From positions 34,977 to 98,976 of the forward strand of contig JANOJN010000170.1 of the NCBI GenBank assembly GCA_031418775.1: a DNA stretch of 64,000 nt. Direction: 5' to 3'. Shown here piece by piece: positions 9,763 to 19,635 of the stretch. Position 1 is the stretch's first letter. Each line of letters starts with the position of its first letter. The notes beneath the pieces are model-generated. The model saw nothing but the letters and a program-made list of their open reading frames with translations. It had not been told where the DNA came from and did no database searches. The DNA comes from Acidimicrobiia bacterium. GTDB lineage: Bacteria; Actinomycetota; Acidimicrobiia; Acidimicrobiales; JANYDT01. The translations under genes were made by a program, and so were the position numbers.

Positions 9763-10547
9763 GCCGGGGCGAGCACGACCCGCCGGAAGGGATCCTCACC
9801 TTCGGAGTGGCTGTCCACGCCGTCGATCGTCCCGGCCGTGTCGTGGACGACCTTGCGATCCATCGCACTCATCGGCTCGAGCACTCGTCGCTCCCCGGAG
9901 GACTGCACTTCAGCGGCGACCTTGTGGGTGAATGTCTCGAGCGCGACACGACGACGTTCTCGATAGCTCGCCACATCGAGGAGCACGCGCACGTTCGTCT
10001 CACCGACCTGGTGGAAGATCACGGTTCGGAGCAACTCCTGTGCGGCCTGCAGCGTCTGCGCCTTCGGTCCGATGAGCACCCCGAGCCCGGAGGGGTCCCC
10101 GGCGATGCGGAACTCGAGGTACGGGCCCTGCACGCCCGTCGTCACCTCTGCCTCGACACCGAAGGCGTCAAGGAGACCTTCGAGGAACGTGATGCCGGCG
10201 GCACTCACGGCATCGAGTTCCTCCTTACTCGACTCACTCGGAGCCGGTCGGGGGGCGCGTGTCCGAGGTGCACGAGGTTCGCGAGGTTCGCGATCGGCTG
10301 GTTCCGCCGCGGCCGGGCGGGCGGCACGGCTTCGCGGACGCGCTGTCCGCTCTTCGTTCCTGGGTCTTGCTGAGGCGGGGCGAACCCGGGCGCGAACCCG
10401 GGCCTCACCGCGAACTCGACCAAACAGCCCGGCCTTCGCCTCTTCCAGCACCTCGACGTCAGCGTCATCCTCGGCAACGCCGAGCTGTTCCAGCGCCATG
10501 GCGGTTGCCTCCTCGACGGTCTTCCCTGTGACTTCGACCCACTCCAT
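9759..10547 (-). CDS. jag: Jag/EloR/KhpB RNA-binding protein (Jag_N, KH, R3H)
   Basis: MEWVEVTGKTVEEA, LIGPKAQTLQAAQ (KH), MSAMDRKVVHD...SHSEGEDPFRRVV (R3H). Confidence 0.93.
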   Translation of the reverse strand: MEWVEVTGKTVEEATAMALEQLGVAEDDADVEVLEEAKAGLFGRVRGEARVRARVRPASARPRNEERTARPRSRAARPAAAEPADREPREPRAPRTRAPRPAPSESSKEELDAVSAAGITFLEGLLDAFGVEAEVTTGVQGPYLEFRIAGDPSGLGVLIGPKAQTLQAAQELLRTVIFHQVGETNVRVLLDVASYRERRRVALETFTHKVAAEVQSSGERRVLEPMSAMDRKVVHDTAGTIDGVDSHSEGEDPFRRVVLAPA

Positions 10548-10549
10548 GA

Positions 10550-11581
10550 TCAACGACCCTTCTTCTTGCTAGTCGGCGCCTTGGAGGCGCCTTTCGAGTT
10601 GGCTTTTGCCGACTTGGTCGGCAGCACCGGTGACGTCGGCGACGGCTTCGTCGACGGACGCGTATTCGGCGAGGTGTTCTTTGCGGTTCCGACCGAGGGT
10701 CCGCCCTTGGCTTCGATGCTCTTCGCTTCGATGCTCTTCGCTTCGACCGCCGCAGCGAGCTTGCCGGCCGCGGAACGCGGGCCGGCCGGCCCACCACGTT
10801 TGGGTTTGACAAAGGGTGCCGGTGCGCCGCCCTCCGGCAGTGGCTTCGGATTGGTCTTGTTCAGTACTTCCTGCTGGACGAGCGTCCAGATGTTCGACGC
10901 CAGCCAGTAGACGACGAGGCCCGTTTGGGCCTGAAAGCAGAAGAGGGCAAAGCCGACCGGCAGGATCTTCATGATCTGCTGCATCTGTGCGGCTTGTGCG
11001 GTTGTCGCGGGGTTCAGTTTGTTGGCGCGAATCTGCTGTGCGAACCCGGTCGCGGCGATGCCGAGCACCATCAGAAGGTACGGAAGGCGGGTGCCGAAAC
11101 CACCAGAGACGCTCGATGCCGATTCCGCCAGATTAAGGCCGAAGGACTTCAGTTTGCCGCCACCTTCGATGATGGCCCGATACATCTCGGTGTTCTTGGC
11201 CAGATGGCGCGGCGTCGGCACCTGCACCTGCAACCACGAGAGACTGCCGGTGTTGGTCAGACCACGAATGACCTGGTAGAGACCGAAGAACACGGGAAAC
11301 TGGAGCAGCAGGGGCAGGCATCCCGCCGCTGGGTTGATCTTCTCTCGCCGGTACAGATCCATCATCTCGGCGTTGAGCTTCTGCTTGTCCGAACCGTACT
11401 CGGCCTGCAGTTTCTTCACCTCGGGCTGCAAGCGGGCCATGCCCTGCATCGACCGGGTCTGCTTCAGAGTGAGGGGAAACAGCAGCAGCCTGACCACCAC
11501 CGTGAGAAGGATGATCGCCATCCCGTACGAATTGGTTATCTGGTAAAAAAAGGCAAGGACGGATCCCAGTGCGTCGATCAC
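10550..11581 (-). CDS. yidC: Membrane protein insertase YidC
   Basis: YGMAIILLTVVVRLLLFPL, GCLPLLLQFPVF, VYWLASNIW; Lys-rich C-tail. Confidence 0.95.
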   Translation of the reverse strand: MIDALGSVLAFFYQITNSYGMAIILLTVVVRLLLFPLTLKQTRSMQGMARLQPEVKKLQAEYGSDKQKLNAEMMDLYRREKINPAAGCLPLLLQFPVFFGLYQVIRGLTNTGSLSWLQVQVPTPRHLAKNTEMYRAIIEGGGKLKSFGLNLAESASSVSGGFGTRLPYLLMVLGIAATGFAQQIRANKLNPATTAQAAQMQQIMKILPVGFALFCFQAQTGLVVYWLASNIWTLVQQEVLNKTNPKPLPEGGAPAPFVKPKRGGPAGPRSAAGKLAAAVEAKSIEAKSIEAKGGPSVGTAKNTSPNTRPSTKPSPTSPVLPTKSAKANSKGASKAPTSKKKGR

Positions 11582-11961
11582 GACGCCCTCCTCGGATGGT
11601 TGGTGGTGCCGGCAAACTGGCTGGCTGAGCGCGTCGGGCGACGCGGAGAACGATCCGTCGACCGCCGTCTCGGCTGGTCACACCGGTGGTCAGACCGGTG
11701 GTCAGAACATGACGCCGCCGATTCCAGTACCGGATCAAACCCCGAACCGCCGCCCGGTCGGCAACGGCCTATCCGGCGAATCGTCATCCAGGAGCCGCGC
11801 CACGCACCGTGGATCTCCAGCGCATCGACGGCGTAGGCCGAGCACGTGGGCAGGTAACGGCACGGCGACGGCCGTCCGGCGAAGAGCTTCCGATAGCCGC
11901 GAACAGCCAGCAGGAGGGCACGGGTCGGCCAGGACACCGGCTTCGGCGCGCGCGGGATCAT
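11578..11961 (-). CDS. yidD: Membrane protein insertion efficiency factor YidD
   Basis: PCRYLPTCSAYAVDALEIHGAWRGSWMTIRRIGRCRP; start ATG 11961 overlaps the rnpA stop. Confidence 0.9.
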   Translation of the reverse strand: MIPRAPKPVSWPTRALLLAVRGYRKLFAGRPSPCRYLPTCSAYAVDALEIHGAWRGSWMTIRRIGRCRPGGGSGFDPVLESAASCSDHRSDHRCDQPRRRSTDRSPRRPTRSASQFAGTTNHPRRAS

Positions 11962-12368
11962 GGCGTGCCACCAGCGGCGATGCTCTGACGAGCGATCCGA
12001 CGGGTGACGTCGGCGACTGCCGACGTGAGTTCGGACCAGGTGCACGCTTCGGCAGGTGCCACAACGCGAACGAGTACGTCACCCGACGGGATCGCTGCGG
12101 CGTGCGCGGCAAAGGCATCTCGAAGTCGACGCCGAACGGTATTGCGCTGCACGGCGTTACCGGCGGACGTCGGAATGGCATAGGCAACGCAGACGCCAGC
12201 GTCGTCGGAACCGGCCGACCGCGGGGACCAGGTCACGTTGAGCGGGCCAGAGCGGGCGCGAACACGCGACCGCGCGAGGGAGCGGAAGCGGCCCGGGCCA
12301 TGCACGCGGCCCAGCCGGCGCAGTGGCGCTGACGGGGCTGGGGCGGGGTCGGTGTGAGCGCCAGACAA
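11958..12368 (-). CDS. rnpA: Ribonuclease P protein component
   Basis: GNAVQRNTVRRRLR RNR motif; TTG start 12368 with GGAGGAG RBS; between rpmH and yidD. Confidence 0.85.
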   Translation of the reverse strand: MSGAHTDPAPAPSAPLRRLGRVHGPGRFRSLARSRVRARSGPLNVTWSPRSAGSDDAGVCVAYAIPTSAGNAVQRNTVRRRLRDAFAAHAAAIPSGDVLVRVVAPAEACTWSELTSAVADVTRRIARQSIAAGGTP

Positions 12369-12399
12369 GGTCCGGCTCCTCCGAAGAACGGGTGTCGGA

Positions 12400-12534
12400 T
12401 CAGGCCGACAGCTTGGAGCGACCCTTGGCCCGACGGGCCTTGAGGATCGCCCGGCCGCCGGCGGTGGCCATACGAGCACGGAATCCGTGCTTCTTGGAAC
12501 GGCGACGGTTGTTTGGTTGGAATGTGCGCTTCAC
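12400..12534 (-). CDS. rpmH: 50S ribosomal protein L34
   Basis: (M)[21 protein letters not shown]...[15 protein letters not shown], 44 aa. Confidence 0.97.
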   Translation of the reverse strand: MKRTFQPNNRRRSKKHGFRARMATAGGRAILKARRAKGRSKLSA

Positions 12535-12790
12535 GACGAGAACCTTCCGGTCGCCGCACCGGAGGCGGCAATTGAACCTTTCCAGGATAGGGGCTACGGA
12601 ACCCCCTCCCGGACACACCGACCCCGTCCGGGAAAAACCGGTCCCTCGACGGGCCATTCGCGCCCGCTGCAGCTCGGCCGGGGCGGGCGCGCCGGACTTT
12701 CGCTGCTGCTAGCGTCTCATGCCCTTTCCCCGGCGCAGAGCTTCCCCGTTTGGCCGGTTTGCTCCTGCATCAGGGTCATACGTACACCTA

Positions 12791-12822
12791 GTTTCCACAC
12801 CTGTGGATAACGTTGTGGAGTA
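12791..12822. promoter_or_regulatory. DnaA boxes upstream of dnaA (autoregulation / origin part 1)
   Basis: GTTTCCACA 12791-12799, perfect TGTGGATAA 12802-12810, TGTGGAGTA 12814-12822. Confidence 0.85.
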
Positions 12823-12844
12823 ACCGAGGACAACGTAGGAAACC

Positions 12845-14275
12845 ATGGCTGATGAGGCTGCATATCCCTGGGAGGTAGTGAGTGACCGGCTCCGCCGGGC
12901 GCTCGGCGATGCCGCATGGGGTGCCTATTTCAGCGATGCGCGGGTCCTCGTCTTTGATGATCACCGGATGGTCCTTGCGGTCGGTCACGCCTTCGTGAAG
13001 GATCGGATCGAGCAGCGGTATCTCGAGGCCCTTCGTGAGGCTGTCAACGCCGTCACCGAGACCTCCACCATCGTGTCGATCGAGGTGATGGCGAGGTCGG
13101 AGCAGACTCAACCGACTTCCTACACTGCCGACGACATCTTCCGGGCCAACGACCGGGCGGTCGTCGAACCTCCGCCACCCGAAGGCACGAAGGTCGCTGC
13201 CGCGCCGGGGGCTGAAGGCGGGCGTGATCACGGCACCATGCTCAACCCGCGCTACACCTTCGCCGACTTCGTCCAGGGCACCAACAACCGGTTCGCCTGC
13301 AACGCCGCCATGGCCGTGGCGGAAAAGCCAGCGCGGTCCTACAACCCGCTGTTCATCTACGGCGATTCAGGCCTCGGCAAGACCCATCTCCTCCAGGCCA
13401 TCGGCCATTACGTCCGGGAGATGTATCCACAGAGCCGAGTGCGCTACGTGTCGTCGGAAACCTTTGTGACCGAGTTCGTCGATGCCATCCGCACCAACAC
13501 CACGAACTCGTTCAAGCGCCGGTACCGCGACGACTGCGACGTGCTCCTCGTCGACGACATCCAGTTCATGGAAGGCAAGGAAGGCACCCAGGAGGAGTTC
13601 TTCCACACCTTCAACTTCCTGCACCAATCCGGGCGCCAGATCGTGCTCTCGAGCGATCGACCCCCGAAATCGCTGGCCACGCTGGAAGACCGGTTGCGTA
13701 GCCGGTTCGAATGGGGGCTCACCACCGACGTGACGCCGCCCGACCTGGAGACGCGTCTCGCCATCGTGCGCAAGAAGGCCGAACGCGAACGCATGACGGT
13801 GCCGATCGACGTGCTCACGTTCATCGCCACCCACATCACCGACAACATCCGCGAGCTCGAGGGTGCCCTCAACCGGGTGTGCGCCTATGCCGGGCTCAAT
13901 CGGGAACCCCTTACCCTGGCCTTGGCTGAGCAGGTGCTCTCCGACCTCCTCACCGGGAACGAACCCCGTCCCGTGACCGCCAAGGCCATCCTCGACGCCA
14001 CGGCCGAGATGTTCGGCTTCGCCATCGCCGACCTGATCGGCCAGTCGCGGCGTCGCCCACTGGTGACGGCGCGCCAAGTGGGCATGTACGTCTTTCGTGA
14101 GCTCACGGACTTCAGCTACCCGATGATCGGGCGTGAATTCGGCGGCCGTGATCACACCACCGTCATCCACGCCGTGGAGAAGATCACCGAGCAGATGAAG
14201 GAACGCCGGGCGATCTTCGATCAGGTGAACGAACTGATCCGGGTCATCAAGTCGGGCGCACAACATCGTGGCTGA
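12845..14275 (+). CDS. dnaA: Chromosomal replication initiator DnaA
   Basis: [54 protein letters not shown]. Confidence 0.99.
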   Translation: MADEAAYPWEVVSDRLRRALGDAAWGAYFSDARVLVFDDHRMVLAVGHAFVKDRIEQRYLEALREAVNAVTETSTIVSIEVMARSEQTQPTSYTADDIFRANDRAVVEPPPPEGTKVAAAPGAEGGRDHGTMLNPRYTFADFVQGTNNRFACNAAMAVAEKPARSYNPLFIYGDSGLGKTHLLQAIGHYVREMYPQSRVRYVSSETFVTEFVDAIRTNTTNSFKRRYRDDCDVLLVDDIQFMEGKEGTQEEFFHTFNFLHQSGRQIVLSSDRPPKSLATLEDRLRSRFEWGLTTDVTPPDLETRLAIVRKKAERERMTVPIDVLTFIATHITDNIRELEGALNRVCAYAGLNREPLTLALAEQVLSDLLTGNEPRPVTAKAILDATAEMFGFAIADLIGQSRRRPLVTARQVGMYVFRELTDFSYPMIGREFGGRDHTTVIHAVEKITEQMKERRAIFDQVNELIRVIKSGAQHRG

Positions 14276-14632
14276 GCGAGGTCGAACAGCCCTGATCGGG
14301 CCGTGGACAACCCGGTGCATAACCCCAGCCATCTGGGGATTTCGCGAATCTCTTCCACAGGTGTCATCGGGCGCCGCACGGTGTCGGGGGAATCTGTGGA
14401 TGATCGACGCGCGCCGCCAAGCCCACCACCAGCACGTTCATCAGTTGTCCACAATCCACAGGACCTACAAGTCCTACAACATTCTTCTCTCTTTCTTTTC
14501 TCTTTGTATGGGCGTGCAACGCACAGCCACCATGTCGGCAAACATGGCAGCCGCACGTCACCGACGACATTCGCCGAACATGTCCTTTCACGAACCCCTA
14601 CCCAAATCTGAACCCGTTGAAGCGAGGCCGCT
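14276..14632. other. Replication origin oriC (dnaA-dnaN intergenic)
   Basis: DnaA-box-like 9-mers at 14302, 14314, 14351, 14395 and an overlapping tandem pair TTGTCCACA/CAATCCACA (14445-14460), followed by CTAC/CAAC trio-like units and an AT-rich pyrimidine tract (14481-14510). Confidence 0.9.
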
Positions 14633-15724
14633 GTGAAGTTCCGTTGTGAGCGCGATGTGCTGGTCGAGGCGTTCTCGGCTGCTGCTCGAGCGGTTGCCAC
14701 CAGGGCGGCGCTTCCTGTGCTGTCCGGCGTCCGGGTCGGCGTCGACGGTGCAAACCTGACCCTGGCCGGAAGTGACCTGGACCTCACGATCGAATCGTCC
14801 GCCACGGCCCAGGGCGAACGCGACGGCACCGCGGTGCTCCCGGCCAAGCTTGTGGCGGACATCCTGCGAGCGCTCGAACCCGGCGCCGTCACCGTCACCG
14901 TCGATGGCGAAAGCGCCGAGATCCGCGGCGGACGGTCGGTGTTCTCGGTTCGAACACTGCCTGTCGCGGAGTTCCCCCGTCTGGGCGGAGCGCAGCCCGG
15001 CGGAGTCACGATCGCGTCGTCGGCCCTGGCCGATGCAATCCGCCAAGTTGTCCCGTCGGCCAGCACCGACGATTCCCGGCCAATCCTCACGGGCGTTCTG
15101 CTCACCGCAGAATCCGGTGGCCTCCGTCTGGTGGCTACCGACTCGTACCGACTCGCCGTTCGTGATCTTCCGGGCACCACGGTGCTCCAGGAGGGCCAAA
15201 GCGTGCTCGTCCCGAGTCGTGCCCTCGCCGAAGTGGCCCGCGCCCTCGGCTCGGGTTCCGAGGTCACATTGCACCTGGGCGACCGTGAAGCCACCTTCGC
15301 CGTTGGTGGGGTGAGGATCACCACTCGCCTCATCGAGGGTCAGTACCCGCCGTATCGCAACCTCATTCCGGCGCAGTTGCCGAACACCCTCACGGTCTCT
15401 CGCGCCGCCCTTCTCGACGCCCTTCGCCGGGTTCGTCTGTTGGCCAGGGATGCCACCCCGGTTCGGCTCAAGCTCTCCGGCGAGGGCATGGAGCTCGTGG
15501 CTATCACCCAGGACATCGGGCAGGCGAACGAGGACGTCGAAGCGACCTATGCCGGTGCCGACCTCACGGTCGCGTTCAACCCCGAGTTCTTGATGCGCGG
15601 GGTGGAGTCCGCGGAAACCGAGATGATCACCCTCCAGACGACCGATCACCAGAAGCCCGCGGTGATCCGTCCTGTCGGTAACAGCGAGTACCTCTACCTG
15701 CTGATGCCCGTCCGGGTCTCCTGA
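14633..15724 (+). CDS. dnaN: DNA polymerase III beta clamp
   Basis: MKFRCERD, GSDLDL, ATDSYRLA, RLIEGQYPPY, AFNPEFL, YLLMPVR. Confidence 0.98.
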   Translation: MKFRCERDVLVEAFSAAARAVATRAALPVLSGVRVGVDGANLTLAGSDLDLTIESSATAQGERDGTAVLPAKLVADILRALEPGAVTVTVDGESAEIRGGRSVFSVRTLPVAEFPRLGGAQPGGVTIASSALADAIRQVVPSASTDDSRPILTGVLLTAESGGLRLVATDSYRLAVRDLPGTTVLQEGQSVLVPSRALAEVARALGSGSEVTLHLGDREATFAVGGVRITTRLIEGQYPPYRNLIPAQLPNTLTVSRAALLDALRRVRLLARDATPVRLKLSGEGMELVAITQDIGQANEDVEATYAGADLTVAFNPEFLMRGVESAETEMITLQTTDHQKPAVIRPVGNSEYLYLLMPVRVS

Positions 15725-15764
15725 GCGAGCCCAGAGAGGGCCGCGGTCACGGGCGGCGTGGCGG

Positions 15765-16922
15765 ATGCGTCTCGACCGAATCGAAGTACGGGGTTTTCGG
15801 AGCTACATCGAGGCCGACCTCGAGCTCGCGCCGGGTCTCACGGTCCTCGTCGGCGCGAATGGGTCCGGAAAGACGAACCTTCTCGAGGCCATGGGCTTCC
15901 TGGCCAGTCTGTCGTCGTTCCGTGGCGCACCGACGGAGGCCCTGGCCCGTGTCGTCGACCAGGTGACCGATACCGCCGTGATACGGGGGTTCGGCGAAGC
16001 GGGGACCCGACGGCTGGAGATCGAGACCGAGATCGCGCCCGGTCGACGTAATCGGACGCTCGTCAACAAGCAGCCCCTTTCCCGGACCCGCGATCTGACC
16101 AGGACGTTCTCGGTGAGCGTGTTCAGTCCTGATGACCTGATCCTGGTCAAAGGAGGTCCTGCCGAGCGACGGAACTACCTCGACGAACTCGCCGGGCGTC
16201 TCCACCCCCGGAACGAGGCGCTGCTCGGCGACTACGACCGTGTCCTGCGGCAGCGAAATGCGCTGCTGAAGCAGAGCGCCGGTCGACTGGACGCCTCCGC
16301 TGCCTTGACGCTGGACGTCTGGGACGCCAAGCTCGCTGCCCTGGGCGAGCAGGTGGGGGTCGTCCGGGCGGACCTGGTCGAGCGTCTTGCTCCGATGCTG
16401 GCGCGGGCCTATGCCGACATCGCCGACCGACCGGCGCAGGTCCGTCTGCGGGTTCGTCCGTCCTGGTCAGGCGGGCTGGCGGAGGCGTTAGCGGCCGGTC
16501 GTGACGACGATGTCCGCCGGGGGCTGTCGCTGGTCGGGCCCCATCGCGACGACGTGGAAGCCGCGATCGAGGGCCGTCCGTCGAGGACCCACGCCTCTCA
16601 GGGCGAACAGCGGACACTGTCGCTCTCCATGCGCCTCGCTGGGCATCGTCTGGCCGCCGATGTGCTCGAGTCGACCCCGCTCCTGCTGCTCGACGACGTC
16701 TTCTCCGAGCTTGACCCGGTGCGCAGCGATGCCCTCATTCGGCATCTTCCCGCTGGTCAGGCCGTATTGGCCACGGCGGGGGCCCTTCCTGGGGCGGCCC
16801 CGGTCGAGCGGATCGTGCAGGTCCGGCGCAGCGAACGCGAAGGTTCGGTGCTTGTGGAAAACCCTGTGGAAACTGTGGATAGCAAGCGCGCTGATCTTCT
16901 CATCAACCGAGCGGATGGCTGA
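15765..16922 (+). CDS. recF: DNA replication/repair protein RecF
   Basis: GANGSGKTNLLEA, GGPAERRNYLD, GPHRDD, ASQGEQRT, LLLDDVFSELD. Confidence 0.97.
   Translation: MRLDRIEVRGFRSYIEADLELAPGLTVLVGANGSGKTNLLEAMGFLASLSSFRGAPTEALARVVDQVTDTAVIRGFGEAGTRRLEIETEIAPGRRNRTLVNKQPLSRTRDLTRTFSVSVFSPDDLILVKGGPAERRNYLDELAGRLHPRNEALLGDYDRVLRQRNALLKQSAGRLDASAALTLDVWDAKLAALGEQVGVVRADLVERLAPMLARAYADIADRPAQVRLRVRPSWSGGLAEALAAGRDDDVRRGLSLVGPHRDDVEAAIEGRPSRTHASQGEQRTLSLSMRLAGHRLAADVLESTPLLLLDDVFSELDPVRSDALIRHLPAGQAVLATAGALPGAAPVERIVQVRRSEREGSVLVENPVETVDSKRADLLINRADG
16853..16882 (-). promoter_or_regulatory. Cluster of three DnaA-box-like sites in the recF 3' end
   Basis: TGTGGAAAA, TGTGGAAAC, TGTGGATAG in the same orientation. 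Confidence 0.55.
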
Positions 16923-17304
16923 GATGGCCGACCGGTTTCCCCGAAAGAAGGGCGGCGATCCTCTCAGCCCTCTGCCGGCCGGCATCCGTTCGGTCGGCTC
17001 GTCACTGGGCGACGTCGCGAACCGCCTCGGGCTCGCCGCGCCGGGCACCCTGCACCAGATTTTTTCCCAGTGGACCGAACTCGTGGGTGAGCCTCTCGCC
17101 ACCCATGTGAAGCCGACGTCGATGCGAGATGGCGTGCTACGGCTCCGGGCCGACGAGTCGGCCTGGGCGGCACAGGTCGGTTACCTCGGGACCGACCTGA
17201 TGGCCCGGATCAACGACCGCCTTGGCACTGTTGTGGTGGTCGAATTGGCGGTGTCCGTGCGCGGTGTCAGGCCGTCAGCGCGTACCCGCGGAACCGGTTC
17301 CTAG
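16915..17304 (+). CDS. DUF721 / DciA family protein
   Basis: FSQWTELVGEPLATHVKP...GVLRLRADESAWAAQV; conserved position between recF and gyrB; start 16915 or 16924. Confidence 0.85.
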   Translation: MAEMADRFPRKKGGDPLSPLPAGIRSVGSSLGDVANRLGLAAPGTLHQIFSQWTELVGEPLATHVKPTSMRDGVLRLRADESAWAAQVGYLGTDLMARINDRLGTVVVVELAVSVRGVRPSARTRGTGS

Positions 17305-17419
17305 CCGGGCTCGCGCGACAACTCGCGATCCCCGTCTTCCGTGCTTGGTGTGGGCACGCGATCTCCGCCGGAAATCCCCTGGAAGAGGCGGGATTCTGCC
17401 GTTTCTGTCCCACCCCCTC

Positions 17420-17428
17420 TGGTAGTAT
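17420..17428 (+). promoter_or_regulatory. Extended -10 element upstream of gyrB
   Basis: TGGTAGTAT (TGn-TANNNT) about 135 bp upstream of gyrB. Confidence 0.4.
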
Positions 17429-17565
17429 CACAAGGCTGAAATTCCCAGTATTTCCGGCGTTGTTCCGGCGTTCGTGACTGATCCGTCCGCCACCGCGGAC
17501 CGCCTCCCCTGACCGGTCACCCGCTGTGCAGGAACCGCCCGCCACAACCGAGTTCGAGGACGTTG

Positions 17566-19530
17566 ATGACTGCAGAAAACACCAAGGGTTCGTCTGACTA
17601 CGGGGCCAAGGACATCACGATCCTCGAGGGCCTCGAACACGTCCGCAAACGCCCGGGTATGTACATCGGGTCGACCGGAATCACCGGCCTCCACCACCTC
17701 GTGTGGGAGGTCGTCGACAACTCCGTCGACGAGGCCATGGCGGGCTACGCCACCCGAATCGACATCACGCTCACCGCCGACGGTGGCTGTCGGGTCGAAG
17801 ACAATGGGCGGGGCATTCCCGTCGATGCCCATCCCGATCCGAAGATGGAAGGCCGATCCGCCGCCGAGATCGTGCTGTCGGTGCTCAACGCCGGCGGCAA
17901 GTTCGGCGGCGAGGGCTACAAGGTCTCGGGCGGACTCCACGGTGTTGGCGTCTCGGTCGTCAATGCCCTGTCGGCGAGGCTCCAAGCGGTGATCGACAAG
18001 GGCGGAAATCGTTACGAGGTCGAGTTCCACAACGGCGGTCAGCTCAAGAGCAAGCTCACCGAGGTCGGCAGGGCCCCGCGCGGTCGCACAGGCACCGCAG
18101 TCACGTTCTGGCCCGACCCGACCATCTTCGAGACCACCGACTTCCGGGCAGAAACGCTCCTCGAACGGTTCCGGATGATGGCGTTTCTCAATGCCGGCCT
18201 CGAGATCCGATTCACCGACGAGCGGCCGGACCACGTTGGCGAAGGTGGTGGCCGGCCCGAACAGCAGGTCTACCGCTACACCGACGGGCTGAAGGACTTC
18301 GTGAAGCACCTGAACGCGTCGAAGGAACCGCTGTTCTCCAAAGTGCCGGCGTTCAAGGTCGTCGACGAGGATGGTGTCGGCGAGGCCGAAGTCGCCATGC
18401 AGTGGAACACCGGGTACTACGAGGGCCTCCACGGCTTCGCCAACGGAATCGCCACCATCGAAGGCGGAACGCACATGGAGGGCTTCAAATCGGCCCTCAC
18501 CGCCGTGGTCAACAAATACGGCCGGGAGAAGGGCGGGATCAAGGAGAAGGACGAGAACCTCGCCGGAGAGGACATCCGCGAAGGTCTCACCGCCATCATC
18601 AGCGTGAAGCTGCGCGACCCCCAGTTCGAGGGACAGACCAAGGGCAAGCTGGGCAACACGAGCATGAAGACGCTCGTGCAGAAGGCCACCAACGACCGCC
18701 TCGCCGAATGGTTCGAGGAGAACCCGGCAGAGGCCAACCGCGTCATCAAGAAGGCCCAACAGGCGCAGGTTGCGCGCGTCGCCGCTCGCAAGGCCCGTGA
18801 CGTCGCTCGCAAGTCGGCCACCTTCGGCGGCGGACTCCCCGGGAAACTCAAGGACTGCTCGTCGAAGAACCCAGCCGAGTCCGAGCTGTTCATCGTGGAG
18901 GGCGATTCGGCTCTCGGGTCGGCGGCCGATGCCCGTGATCCGAAGACCCAGGCGATCCTGCCGATCCGCGGCAAGATCTTGAACGTCGAGCGGGCCCGGG
19001 CCGACAAGATGATGAAGAACACCGAGGTCCAGGCGCTGATCACGGCGATCGGCGGTGGCGTCGGCGAGGAGTTCGATGCATCGAAGTGCCGGTATCACAA
19101 GGTCATCGCGCTCTGCGACGCCGACGTCGACGGGGCCCACATCCGGACGCTCCTGCTCACGTTCTTCTACCGGCAGATGAAGCCAATGGTCGAGGCCGGC
19201 TACTGCTACATCGCCCAGCCTCCGCTCTATTCGGTGGTCGTCGGCAAGGAGAAGCAGTATCTCAAGGACGACGTGGCGAAGAATGCCTTCGTCGCCGCGA
19301 GCCCGAACAAGAAGTTCGAGTTCAACCGCCTGAAAGGCCTCGGCGAGATGGATGCCGACGAGCTCGGCGACACCACGATGGACACCACCAAACGCACCCT
19401 GCTGCGGGTCACCGTCGAACAGGCCGCTATCGCCGACGAGGTGATGAGCGTCCTCATGGGAGAAGACGTCGAAGCCCGGAAGCAGTTCATCGTGCAGAAC
19501 GCCGGCGACGTCCGCTTCCTCGACATCTGA
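17566..19530 (+). CDS. gyrB: DNA gyrase subunit B
   Basis: LEGLEHVRKRPGMYIGS, EVVDNSVDE, SGGLHGVGVSVVNALS, QFEGQTK, PIRGKILN, DADVDGAHI, KGLGEM. Confidence 0.98.
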   Translation: MTAENTKGSSDYGAKDITILEGLEHVRKRPGMYIGSTGITGLHHLVWEVVDNSVDEAMAGYATRIDITLTADGGCRVEDNGRGIPVDAHPDPKMEGRSAAEIVLSVLNAGGKFGGEGYKVSGGLHGVGVSVVNALSARLQAVIDKGGNRYEVEFHNGGQLKSKLTEVGRAPRGRTGTAVTFWPDPTIFETTDFRAETLLERFRMMAFLNAGLEIRFTDERPDHVGEGGGRPEQQVYRYTDGLKDFVKHLNASKEPLFSKVPAFKVVDEDGVGEAEVAMQWNTGYYEGLHGFANGIATIEGGTHMEGFKSALTAVVNKYGREKGGIKEKDENLAGEDIREGLTAIISVKLRDPQFEGQTKGKLGNTSMKTLVQKATNDRLAEWFEENPAEANRVIKKAQQAQVARVAARKARDVARKSATFGGGLPGKLKDCSSKNPAESELFIVEGDSALGSAADARDPKTQAILPIRGKILNVERARADKMMKNTEVQALITAIGGGVGEEFDASKCRYHKVIALCDADVDGAHIRTLLLTFFYRQMKPMVEAGYCYIAQPPLYSVVVGKEKQYLKDDVAKNAFVAASPNKKFEFNRLKGLGEMDADELGDTTMDTTKRTLLRVTVEQAAIADEVMSVLMGEDVEARKQFIVQNAGDVRFLDI

Positions 19531-19635
19531 TCCAGCTGTGACTTCGTTCGTTCGTGCTGCGGTGAGGGGCCTGTCCCGACGTTGCACCGCCACGAGTATT
19601 TGTACCCCCGTTCGTTCAACTGAGGATTCCCTGGC

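Noticed and set aside
10711-11706. Short tandem repeats in the yidC tail (IEAKS x3) and yidD tail (SDHR units)
   Set aside because: In-frame slippage in disordered tails; no sign of separate function
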